Assembly: GCA_965204535.1 (NCBI GenBank)
Contig: CBDBEV010000001.1
Coordinates: 2,432,001 to 2,496,000 of the forward strand
Reading direction: 5' to 3'
Source: a bacterium
Lineage (GTDB): Bacteria > UBA8248
DNA: 64,000 bases
Shown: piece after piece, positions 38,691-47,347 of the stretch
Layout: every line of letters begins with the position of its first letter
Position numbering within the stretch: the stretch's first letter is position 1
The notes under the pieces: generated by a model
The model's database searches: none
The model's input: only the letters and a program-made list of their open reading frames with translations
Told to the model about the DNA's origin: nothing
Made by a program: the position numbers and the translations under genes

Positions 38691-38917
38691 GATGCGTGCT
38701 CGAAAGCAGATTCCAATACGATCGACTTTCGCGCCGGCTCCGTGAGTCGGGGGCGAGCATCCCCATTATAGTCTCATCTTGTCGCCGATTGCGAGTTTTT
38801 TCCCGAACGCGGGTTTCGCTCCTCGGCGACGGCCGCTTCCGGGGTACACGGCGAGGGGCTTGTTTTCGGTTTTCGTGCGGCCCTCCGAGGGGGGAGGGCT
38901 GCATTCCGAGAGGGTGC

Positions 38918-38926
38918 TGGTATAAT
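38918..38926 (+). promoter_or_regulatory. Extended -10 promoter for the small protein/protease pair
   Basis: TGGTATAAT (TGnTATAAT). Confidence 0.5.
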
Positions 38927-38992
38927 GAATTTTGCTCTCTTCCGTGTTTTTGGCTAACCGGCTGAATTCGCGATTTGTTCGGGAGGCTCGCC

Positions 38993-39238
38993 ATGGAAAA
39001 TGGATTGAACGATGAATTTGAATACTATTTGGAAAACCAGATCGATCTCACCGAGAAGTATGAAGGCAGGTATATCGTAATCAAAAATCGCAATGTGATC
39101 GGAGACTACGATACCAAGAGAGCTGCAATCGAAATGACGATGAAAATGCATATTTTGGGCACTTTTCTGGTGCAGAAATGTAGCAGTGACCCCAACAGCA
39201 TAAAACAAAGGTTTCTGTCGCGGGCCTATTTTTCGTAA
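38993..39238 (+). CDS. Small DUF5678-like protein (81 aa)
   Basis: GGGAGG RBS; LTEKYEGRYIVIKNRNVIGDYD motif; TAATG overlap with next gene. Confidence 0.65.
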   Translation: MENGLNDEFEYYLENQIDLTEKYEGRYIVIKNRNVIGDYDTKRAAIEMTMKMHILGTFLVQKCSSDPNSIKQRFLSRAYFS

Positions 39239-39702
39239 TGTTCAAAAAGAAAAGTTCTGCTTTCACGACATATTGCCGAGGATATGAAAACGTCCTTTCC
39301 AATCTGGTCGAGGTCGCGCCTGCTTATGACCCCGAGTTAGGTTTCTCCAGGTCTTTTTTCAGGAAATACAGAGCGGTTTGGGATACAGGCGCCACGCACA
39401 GCGCGATAACGTCGCAAGTGGTTCGGGACTTCGCCTTGCGAGCTACTGGCATGGCCGTCGTTTATGACGCCACCACTACGCAAAATGTCCATACGTATTC
39501 AGTCAATATCTTATTACCCAACCATGTTGAGTTTTCCGATTGGGAAGTGACCGAGGCGGGTGGACTTGTTGGCGATGAAGACATCCTAATTGGTATGGAT
39601 ATTATCGGGGCCGGTGATTTCGCGGTTAGCAATAAAGAACGAACGGTATTCACCTTTCGCTATCCTTCACGAGAAGAGATCAGTTTTTCCAAGCAAGGCT
39701 AA
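39238..39702 (+). CDS. Retropepsin-like (clan AA) aspartyl protease
   Basis: AVWDTGATHSAI catalytic motif and DILIGMDII. Confidence 0.85.
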   Translation: MFKKKSSAFTTYCRGYENVLSNLVEVAPAYDPELGFSRSFFRKYRAVWDTGATHSAITSQVVRDFALRATGMAVVYDATTTQNVHTYSVNILLPNHVEFSDWEVTEAGGLVGDEDILIGMDIIGAGDFAVSNKERTVFTFRYPSREEISFSKQG

Positions 39703-39760
39703 GCTCCGACGCATTCGACCGGGAACATGGCGCAATGATTCAATAGGCCCCTCTCCCGCG

Positions 39761-40771
39761 CTATGGCTTCCTGCTCTCTCCTCCGCCGAAAAACGCGGCG
39801 ATCTTCCCCAGAGACGCCGGGATGTCCACGTCCCACTGGCGGTTCGAGCCGCCGCCGGTGTGGGGCAGCAAGACGGCGTTGGGAAGGCCGATGAGCGGGC
39901 TGTCGGCGGGCAGGGGCTCGTAGCGGTAGACGTCGAGCCCGGCCATGGCGATCGCGCCCGTTCTGAGCGCATCTGCGAGCGCCGCCTCATCGACGAGCGC
40001 GCCCCGGCCCACGTTGATGAGGGCCGCCGTATTCTTCATGCGCGCGAGCTGTTCCGCGCCTATCATCCCCTCGCTCTCGGCGGTGTGCGGAAGCACGAGT
40101 ACGAGGTAGTCGACCAGTACGAGCAACTCATCGAAGGGAAGATACGCCGCCCGGTACTCCGCCTCGACCTCCGGCGCGTGGCGCGTGCGCTGGTAGTAGA
40201 AGATCTCCATGTCGAAGGCCAAACAGCGCCTGGCGATGTCCATGCCGATGTCGCCCAGTCCGATGATTCCGACGCTCTTGCCGAAAAGCTCCGCAACGCC
40301 CTCGATCTCCGGCCAGTTGGGCCGGATGTTCCACTGGCTGGTGGCGACGGGCTCAAGCCCCATCCCGCGGTAGATGCCCGCCTCAACCGCCCGCTGACCC
40401 AAAATCGTCTTGCGCTCGCAACACAGCATGAGAGTCAGGGCCTGTTCGGCCACGGTGGCGTTGCGCATGAGCGACTGCGTGCCGACGGGGATTCCGCGCT
40501 CCCGCGCCGCGGCCGCGTCGATGTTCTTGCAGTTCAGACCGTGTTTCTGGATGTAGCGGAGTCTCGCGGCCTCCCGGATGACCGAAGCCGGCAGTGCCGC
40601 CTTGTAGCATAGGATCGCCTCGGCTTCTGGCGCGAGTGCTAAAAGTGTGTCTTCCTCCGTGCTGTCGGGCGCGATAATATCGAAAGGCTCGGAGGCTGCG
40701 TTCGCCTTGACTCGGCTCAAAAAACGGCCCGACGCCCCGTCGGTGACGAGCAGGCGTATCTTGTCGTTCAT
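39761..40771 (-). CDS. D-2-hydroxyacid dehydrogenase family
   Basis: GIIGLGDIG, INVGRGALVDE, GLDVYRYEP, LPHTGG. Confidence 0.9.
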   Translation of the reverse strand: MNDKIRLLVTDGASGRFLSRVKANAASEPFDIIAPDSTEEDTLLALAPEAEAILCYKAALPASVIREAARLRYIQKHGLNCKNIDAAAARERGIPVGTQSLMRNATVAEQALTLMLCCERKTILGQRAVEAGIYRGMGLEPVATSQWNIRPNWPEIEGVAELFGKSVGIIGLGDIGMDIARRCLAFDMEIFYYQRTRHAPEVEAEYRAAYLPFDELLVLVDYLVLVLPHTAESEGMIGAEQLARMKNTAALINVGRGALVDEAALADALRTGAIAMAGLDVYRYEPLPADSPLIGLPNAVLLPHTGGGSNRQWDVDIPASLGKIAAFFGGGESRKP

Positions 40772-41100
40772 GTGCTCTCCTTGCGTGGGGTGTGATGTGA
40801 GAAACAGAAGGTTCTTCTTATCATAGTCGGGGCGGGGGTTGCTATTGGGTGTTCTTGTCTTGTTGGCAGTTTCTCCCCAGGAGGGTTTCAAAAATTACTC
40901 CCCCCTTTTGGGGGTTGTTGAAAAACCCTGATTCTGTAATTCGGGTTATGTAACCGACCGAGCAGGGAGGAGACTTCACTCCCCCCTTGAGGGGGAGTCA
41001 ACGAGGCAAGGGCGAAGCCCGCAGGCGAGTTGTAAGCGTTCGGGCGGGCCGTGATGGTAGTGCCTTGAAGCAGTAGTTCGGGCCGGAATGGGGGATGATT

Positions 41101-41973
41101 TTACCGGTTGAGGACTTGCTTCCAGTTTCTGCGCAACGGTCGTAGCCAGATGTCCTTTTTCGGTTGGTCTCGTTTCGTGTATCTGTCGTAGCGTCCACGC
41201 CCCTGGGTCATACCGACGTGAATCCACCCCGATGCCCTGTAGACGGCGCCGGTGTAGCGCGGCGTCTCGACGAAGGTCTCGACGAGGACGGGTGTCGTGC
41301 CATAGCGCTCGGTCCAGTCCTCGGGCAGGCGCCTGCGGATGATGGCGAGGAGGTGTGAGCCGAGGTTGAGGATCCTGATCCATGGCAGGATGAGGAACCT
41401 CGGGTTGTCGACCACGAGGGGGAGGTTCTTCTCGCGCAGCTGCGGCGTCCAGCCGATGAAGCTGTCGCGCGGGGCGAGCTTCCACGCGGCGGTGGAGAAG
41501 CCGAGCATGGCGAGGGGCCTGCCGCCCCGGTCGTGGACGGCGTAGCGCATCTGCGCGCCGACGAGGGTCTTGTAGCCGAGGTAGTGGTAGCGGGCGACGA
41601 ACTCGTTCCAGAGCCTGCCCTCGCGGGTTCCGCGCACGGCGACGCGCATATCGAGGGGGCGGACTTCGTCGAGGGTCTCAGGCGCCGGGATGAGGGGAGG
41701 TTCGGTGTCGGGTCCGAAGACGATCGGCCCGGGCCGGTTCTGGCGCCACTTCGGTGGGGGCAGCGTGATCAGGCCGTCCTTGTGCATGGCCAGCATAGTC
41801 ACCCGGGCCATCATGTCCTTGAGTCCGCCGTCGGGCTTGTACCAGCCGATTCGGCGGCAGAACTCCTTCGATAGCGCATGGCGGTTGAGCGCAGGTGGAC
41901 CTGCGATCAGTTCGCGCAGCAGCGCCATCTCTTCCGTCGTGAAGTCGCGTCCGTGGTAGCGGCACTCGGTCAC
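41101..41973 (-). CDS. DUF4338 / DruA-like protein
   Basis: YHYLGY...GAQMRY, RDSFIGW, RFLILPW, ETFVE, GAVYRASGW, TQGRGR motifs. Confidence 0.8.
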   Translation of the reverse strand: MTECRYHGRDFTTEEMALLRELIAGPPALNRHALSKEFCRRIGWYKPDGGLKDMMARVTMLAMHKDGLITLPPPKWRQNRPGPIVFGPDTEPPLIPAPETLDEVRPLDMRVAVRGTREGRLWNEFVARYHYLGYKTLVGAQMRYAVHDRGGRPLAMLGFSTAAWKLAPRDSFIGWTPQLREKNLPLVVDNPRFLILPWIRILNLGSHLLAIIRRRLPEDWTERYGTTPVLVETFVETPRYTGAVYRASGWIHVGMTQGRGRYDRYTKRDQPKKDIWLRPLRRNWKQVLNR

Positions 41974-41977
41974 GGCG

Positions 41978-44332
41978 TCATCCCGGCGCCGTGAGGGCGC
42001 GCCTGCGCTCCGTGCTCATCGACCAGGGCAGCCACGCGGAGAGGTCCCCGGGCGCCCGGCCGCCGTTCTCCGCGCAGGCCGTGAGCCATGCCTCCAGCCA
42101 GCGGAGCGGGTCGACCCCGTTCGACGCGAGGGTTCCGAGGACCGAGTACATCATCGCCGTAAACCTGGCGCCGGCCTCGCTGTCGGAGCCGAACGAGAGC
42201 CGCCTGCCGATCACAGGGCCCCGAAGCGCACGTTCGCTGGCGTTGTTATCCATCGGCACCGAGGGGCGTTCGATGAAGACGCTCAGCCCCTCGCGGTGGT
42301 TCAGCAGCGAGCGAAGCGCCTTGCCCTCGCGCGCCTGCGCGGGCAGAGCGGCCATCTCCCGTCGGGCCTGCGCGAACAGGTCCTTGAGCGCCTTCTTCAA
42401 TTCGTCGTGCGCCGCGTCGAACGCCGCATCCTGGCGTTCGACGCCCGGGTCGTAACTGGCCAGGCGCGCCTCGTTCAGGCGGTAAAGCAAGGCAATCCGC
42501 TCGATCCATCTCTCGCACCACGGCGTCAGCCGCTCATCGCCGGCGGCGCAGTGGATATAATCGCGCCGGACGTGACTCCAGCACCATGCGAGAGTCACCA
42601 GACCCCCGGGAATGCGCGCCAGCTTCTTGTAGGCGCTGTAGCGGTCGCAGACGATGACCGTATGGGAGCCGGCCGCGCCGAACAGCTTCATCGCGACCTC
42701 AGCACTCCGCGAGGGGTCGACGTGGAAGTAGACGGAGTCTGCGCTGACCGAGGTCCACAGCCAGGCGCGGCTCGAGCGTCCTTGTTCGCGAAGCGACTGA
42801 ACGCGCCACGTCGTCTCGTCCCCGTGACGCACCGCCGCTTCGTTCTGGCGGTCGAGGATCGCCGCAGCCAGCGGCTCGAAGAGCGGCGTGAAGCGGTGCG
42901 TGCTGTCGCCCAGTGTGCCTGCAGAGACCGGAAGCCCCTGGTCGGAGAGCCACGCGGCGACCCGGCGCAGCGGGCGGAAGCAGGCGTAGCGCTCGAACAG
43001 GAAGCGCGCCCACACGCTCGTCCCGTAAGGCGTGCCCGCGAACAGGCGCGGCGCGGCGGGCGCCGACACTTCCACCGGAGACGACGCGCACGCGCATCTC
43101 CTGCGCCATCTCGGACGGCGGATGACGCGCTTGTGGGCCGAGACTTCGATCTCGAAGATGGAGGAGACCTCGGCGCCATTGGCCACGTAGGGCTTCCCGC
43201 AACCGGCGCAGACGCGCGCACCGGCCGGCGGGTTGCGAACTTCGGTCCTCTCATCGAGCGCGGGCCGCGGGGTGCGGCCATGACCGGCGGCGCCGGGTTG
43301 CCGGCCGCGCCTGCGCTCCGAGCGCGGCCTCTCCTGCCGTTCGCTCTTGCGCCCGAACAGTCTTCTCGCCAGCACCGCTCCGGTGGCGCGAAGCTTCGCG
43401 AGATCGGCCTCCAGCCGCGCCCGGATGGTCTCTGACTTGCGGAGCGCCCTGCGAAGACGCCCGTTCTCCCTCGACAGCGACCTGAGCGCCGTCTTCTGGC
43501 GCCGCGACCTCCCCAGGGCCTTGCGCAGTTCCTCATCTGCACGAGACGGCGACTTCGAGCGCGCCGCCTCGAGAGCGCGCAGCAACCGCGCCTTCAGCCG
43601 TTCGGTCGCAATGCCTACGGCCCCCAGGGAGACTTCAAGACGGTAGACCTCCGCAGACAGCGACTCGACCACCTCCGCCTGGTCGCGCAATCGCCTCAAC
43701 TTCCTGTAGAGCCCGATGGCCTCCTCGTCCAGGCTCCGAATGGTCTCCTTGTCGGTCGCCGACTTCTGCTTCTCCAGGGCCAGACGATCTTCGAGCCGGG
43801 CAACTTCCTTCTCCCGCCGGCCGACCTCCTTGCGCAGGGCATGAATCGTCTCCTTGCGCTCCTCCAGGGCCTTGCGCAGCCGCCCCGCCTCCCCCGGCGA
43901 CGGCACGCCCGAGAGCTCCTTGCGAAGCCGGACGACCTCCATGCGCAGCGACATGAGCGGGCTGCGCTTGCGCGGATCGACCCCCGCCTCCGCAAGCAGC
44001 TTCTCCAGCCGCGCCACTTCCGCCTTGAGCGACAGCGCGTCCTTCGCCGCGCGGCGGGCTTCCTTCGCCTCCCCGGCGGCCGCCTCGAGCTTCTTCCGGC
44101 TGGCGTCGAGATGCCGCTTCAGCTTGCCCGCACGGGAGCGGGAATCCACTTCCGCCCAACGCAACTCCTCGCAGCGCGCCTCCGCCGCCTCCGCGCGCGC
44201 ACGCTCGCGCTCGTACAGCGAACGCCAGTACGCCTCTGCGGTTGTGGACAACCCGGGGGAATGAGGCCATGGCTCATCCGGCCTCTCGGCCAACGCCAAC
44301 TCCGTCTCGACAGCTTCTGCGCGAATCTTCAT
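41978..44332 (-). CDS. IS66-family DDE transposase with long N-terminal coiled coil
   Basis: LFGRKSE, CAGCG zinc finger, HGDETTW, VCDRYSAY, CWSHVRR, DNNASERALR. Confidence 0.92.
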   Translation of the reverse strand: MKIRAEAVETELALAERPDEPWPHSPGLSTTAEAYWRSLYERERARAEAAEARCEELRWAEVDSRSRAGKLKRHLDASRKKLEAAAGEAKEARRAAKDALSLKAEVARLEKLLAEAGVDPRKRSPLMSLRMEVVRLRKELSGVPSPGEAGRLRKALEERKETIHALRKEVGRREKEVARLEDRLALEKQKSATDKETIRSLDEEAIGLYRKLRRLRDQAEVVESLSAEVYRLEVSLGAVGIATERLKARLLRALEAARSKSPSRADEELRKALGRSRRQKTALRSLSRENGRLRRALRKSETIRARLEADLAKLRATGAVLARRLFGRKSERQERPRSERRRGRQPGAAGHGRTPRPALDERTEVRNPPAGARVCAGCGKPYVANGAEVSSIFEIEVSAHKRVIRRPRWRRRCACASSPVEVSAPAAPRLFAGTPYGTSVWARFLFERYACFRPLRRVAAWLSDQGLPVSAGTLGDSTHRFTPLFEPLAAAILDRQNEAAVRHGDETTWRVQSLREQGRSSRAWLWTSVSADSVYFHVDPSRSAEVAMKLFGAAGSHTVIVCDRYSAYKKLARIPGGLVTLAWCWSHVRRDYIHCAAGDERLTPWCERWIERIALLYRLNEARLASYDPGVERQDAAFDAAHDELKKALKDLFAQARREMAALPAQAREGKALRSLLNHREGLSVFIERPSVPMDNNASERALRGPVIGRRLSFGSDSEAGARFTAMMYSVLGTLASNGVDPLRWLEAWLTACAENGGRAPGDLSAWLPWSMSTERRRALTAPG

Positions 44333-44782
44333 GCCGACATCATTAGCACATGTCGAATCGCGTTACCAGTCGCCCGGGAAAATTCTATCCGATGGAGGCG
44401 ATGCGCCCGGCGCCGGGTCCATCACGGCCCGCCCGAACGCTTACGGCGAGTTGGTGGGGGGACATGCCACAGAGTAAATCTCCCTCCACCGATTCGGTTT
44501 CGGGTTTTCACCCTCACCTCATCGACTCCCCCTCAAGGGGGGAGTTGATTGCATATCTCGCGCGTGAAGGAATGCCCCTCAAGGGGGGAGTGATTTTGGT
44601 GTTCTCATTTGTGTAAAGCGACTTCGTAGGGGCCGCATACCGGCTTTTTCAACAGCCCCTTTTGGGGTTGTTGAAAGAGCCGGTTTCGGGCACGGCGGTA
44701 TGGGAGTTCGCGTAGGGGGGAGTAGTTCTTCTTCTTTAATCGGTTGCCGATGACTCTCAAGGGGGCGCCGGTTTCTTTTACT

Positions 44783-45202
44783 TCAGCTCTCCGCCAGCTT
44801 TTTCAGGTTCGCCAGTTCCACGATGTTCTCTTCCGTCCCGCCCCGGTGAAGGGTCTGGTCCTCGTAAGCCTCGTTGTCCACGGTGTGCATCACGTGGGTG
44901 AGGTCGCCCACCTGCTCGAAGCGGTAGGTGATGACCTGCGCGGGCTTATCGCTCCCGCCGACGTAGTTCTCCCAGACGATCTTGGAATGAGGCTCCCAGA
45001 CGGTGATCACCGAGTCGCACTCGGACCTGTCGTGAAAGGTCTGGTGAAAGCGCGTTCCCGCCCCCTGGTGGCCTCCGGGAGAGGTGATCGTCACCGCCTT
45101 GGAGAACGGCGCGATTTGGGGATGCGTCTCCACATTCCCGACGAACTCGAAAACCTTATCGACGGGAGCGCGGACTTGTTCGAGGACGACGACTGGCGGC
45201 AT
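44783..45202 (-). CDS. SRPBCC/polyketide cyclase family protein
   Basis: VRAPVDKVFEFV, GAGTRF, ITVWEP. Confidence 0.8.
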   Translation of the reverse strand: MPPVVVLEQVRAPVDKVFEFVGNVETHPQIAPFSKAVTITSPGGHQGAGTRFHQTFHDRSECDSVITVWEPHSKIVWENYVGGSDKPAQVITYRFEQVGDLTHVMHTVDNEAYEDQTLHRGGTEENIVELANLKKLAES

Positions 45203-45258
45203 CGGTTCTTTCCTCCATGTGCTGACCGGCCCGCGTTTTAGACGGGCCGGAGAGTCGT

Positions 45259-46170
45259 TTAACCGGGAATGACGGTTTCCTGCCCCATCCGGCTCGTGGG
45301 CCGCCAGCGCAGGGCGCGCCCTTCGGCCCAGTTCAATATCTGGTTCACCAGGATGACCAGGAACATGAGCAGGAAGATGATCAGGATGAGGCCCGTGGTG
45401 TAGTACTCGTTGTTGTAGCGCTGGAGCAGGTAGCCGAGTCCCTTGTCGGCGATGATGTATTCGCCGACAATCGCGCCCACCATGCCGAAGGGGATGCTGA
45501 TCTTGAGACCGTTGAATATCCACGGCGAGGCGGAGGGAATCACGATCTTGCGCAGAATGGCGAGCTTGCTCCCGCCCAGAACGCGCGAGACGTTGATGAG
45601 GTCCCGGCTCACGCCTCGGATGCCCGCGAACGTGCTCACGAAAGTCAGGAAGAACACGATGGTCATCACCAGGATGATCTTGGGCTGCCGCTCGATGCCG
45701 AACCACGCGATGAACAAGGGCGCGTACGCGATGCGCGGCACCCCGTTGAAAGCCATGATGAACGGCTCGATGACCAGGGCCACGACATCGATTTCCGCCA
45801 GCAGGAAGCCGAAGAGAATCCCGGCGAGGGCACCGAAGACATAGCCCCAGAAGGTGTTCTCCACCGTGTAGAAGAAGTGCACCCACAAGGAGCCGTCCGG
45901 ATTGGCCGGGTCCGCTATCTCGAAAAACGACGCCACGAGCAGGCTCGGGCTGGAGATGGTCCGGTGGTCGATGAGACGCCCCGAAACGGCTTCCCACAAT
46001 ACGATCATGATCACGCCGAACAGAACGCGCAGCGCCGCCACGCGCACCCAGCGGAGCTCCTCGGCGTTCCTCACCCGCCACCACAGCAGGCGCGCTCCTG
46101 TGACTTCTGGAGGAAGGAGGAGGTCCAGTTCCTCAGGAGGCGTGGATTTCACTTCGTCGGTCTGCGCCAT
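45259..46170 (-). CDS. NitT/TauT ABC permease
   Basis: PRIAYAPLFIAWFG, IVIPSASPWI, GAIVGEY, GLGYL. Confidence 0.92.
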   Translation of the reverse strand: MAQTDEVKSTPPEELDLLLPPEVTGARLLWWRVRNAEELRWVRVAALRVLFGVIMIVLWEAVSGRLIDHRTISSPSLLVASFFEIADPANPDGSLWVHFFYTVENTFWGYVFGALAGILFGFLLAEIDVVALVIEPFIMAFNGVPRIAYAPLFIAWFGIERQPKIILVMTIVFFLTFVSTFAGIRGVSRDLINVSRVLGGSKLAILRKIVIPSASPWIFNGLKISIPFGMVGAIVGEYIIADKGLGYLLQRYNNEYYTTGLILIIFLLMFLVILVNQILNWAEGRALRWRPTSRMGQETVIPG

Positions 46171-46949
46171 TACATCACCTTCGCCACTTCGTCTCTGAGC
46201 TCTTCCCAGAGCTTGTCGTAGATCTCGCGGTAGGCCTGCGAGTCATGGATGTGGTAGACGTCGCGCGGTCTCGGGATCGTCACGGGGGTGACGCTCTTGA
46301 TGGTCCCGGGCCGGCCCGTCATCACCACCACCCGGTCGGCCAGCGTGATGGCTTCGGCCAGATCGTGCGTGATGAAGACGATGGTCTTGCGCTCCTCGCG
46401 CCAGAGTTCGAGCAACTGGTTCTGGAGCGTGAGGCGGGTCTGGGCGTCCAGGGGGCCGAAGGGTTCATCCATCAGGATGACGCGGGGGTCGCATATCAGG
46501 GTGCGGATGATGTTCACGCGCTGGCGCATTCCCCCCGACAACTCGTGCGGGTAGTGGTTCTCGAAGCCCGAGAGCCCCACCTTGTCGATCAGGGTCTGCA
46601 CGCGCTCTGAGACGCCGTTCGAGATGGACACCCCGCGGAACTCCAGAGGCAGCAGCACGTTCTTGCGCAGGGTCCGCCAGGGCAGCAGGTTGTCCTGCTG
46701 GGTCACGTAGCCGATCTCGGGGTTCAACCCGCGGGTGAGATTTCCCCGGAAATGCACCTCCCCGCTGCTGGGGGGGAAGAGCCCGGCCAGGATGTTCAGC
46801 AGGGTGCTCTTGCCGCACCCGCTCGGCCCCACGATGGTCACGAACTCCCCCTCGCCCACGTCGAGGTTCACGTCGGACATCGCATGGACGATGGTCCCCC
46901 GCGAGAGGAACCGCTTGCCGACCTGCCGGATGGATAAAGACGCCGTCAA
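46170..46949 (-). CDS. NitT/TauT ABC ATP-binding protein
   Basis: [30 protein letters not shown]. Confidence 0.93.
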   Translation of the reverse strand: MTASLSIRQVGKRFLSRGTIVHAMSDVNLDVGEGEFVTIVGPSGCGKSTLLNILAGLFPPSSGEVHFRGNLTRGLNPEIGYVTQQDNLLPWRTLRKNVLLPLEFRGVSISNGVSERVQTLIDKVGLSGFENHYPHELSGGMRQRVNIIRTLICDPRVILMDEPFGPLDAQTRLTLQNQLLELWREERKTIVFITHDLAEAITLADRVVVMTGRPGTIKSVTPVTIPRPRDVYHIHDSQAYREIYDKLWEELRDEVAKVM

Positions 46950-46997
46950 CGAATCATGCTCCCTAAGCTCCTCCGGCCGGAGCGTTCACGCCCCGGC

Positions 46998-47304
46998 GGG
47001 GTTGTTGAATAATCCTGCAATGGCGGGATTGCTCCCCACCGAGGAGAATTGCAAAACCACACCATCTTTTAGGTTCTTTTCACTCCCCCCTTGAGGGGGA
47101 GTCGAAGAGCTGAGGGCGTAAGCCCGAAAGCGATTCGGTGGGGGGTATAATCCGGAATGGCGATAAAACGCATTTCACCCCCCACCGATTCAGCCTTCGC
47201 ACAAACCGCTCGGCTTCATCGACTCCCCCTCAAGGGGGGAGTGTACCTTGTTCTTTCATCGGACGCGTCGAACCTTCATGTTTCAGGACTTCTTCAACAA
47301 CCCC
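46998..47304. mobile_element. MITE-like element (copy E) with uninterrupted ACTCCCCC-REP pair
   Basis: GGGGTTGTTGAATAATCC / GGACTTCTTCAACAACCCC ends; perfect 25-bp IR 47081-47105 / 47219-47243; no TSD seen. Confidence 0.7.
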
Positions 47305-47347
47305 CCTCACAGGAGGGAGGCTGCACAGAATCTAAAGAAAAACCCGC

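Larger units (their letters stand above)
41032..44444 (-). mobile_element. IS66-family insertion sequence (3413 bp) with passenger gene
   Basis: Perfect 26-bp TIRs GTAAGCGTTCGGGCGGGCCGTGATGG; 8-bp TSD GGCGAGTT (41024-41031, 44445-44452). Confidence 0.93.
40911..44659. mobile_element. MITE-like element (copy C) containing an ACTCCCCC-REP pair interrupted by IS66
   Basis: GGGGTTGTTGAAAAA at 40911, TTTTTCAACAGCCCC ending 44659, TTTT(G) on both flanks; REP arms 40977-40999 and 44524-44545. Confidence 0.65.

Noticed and set aside
41101-41973. Complete Druantia defence system
   Set aside because: Only a DruA-like gene, inside IS ends; no DruE helicase or other dru genes
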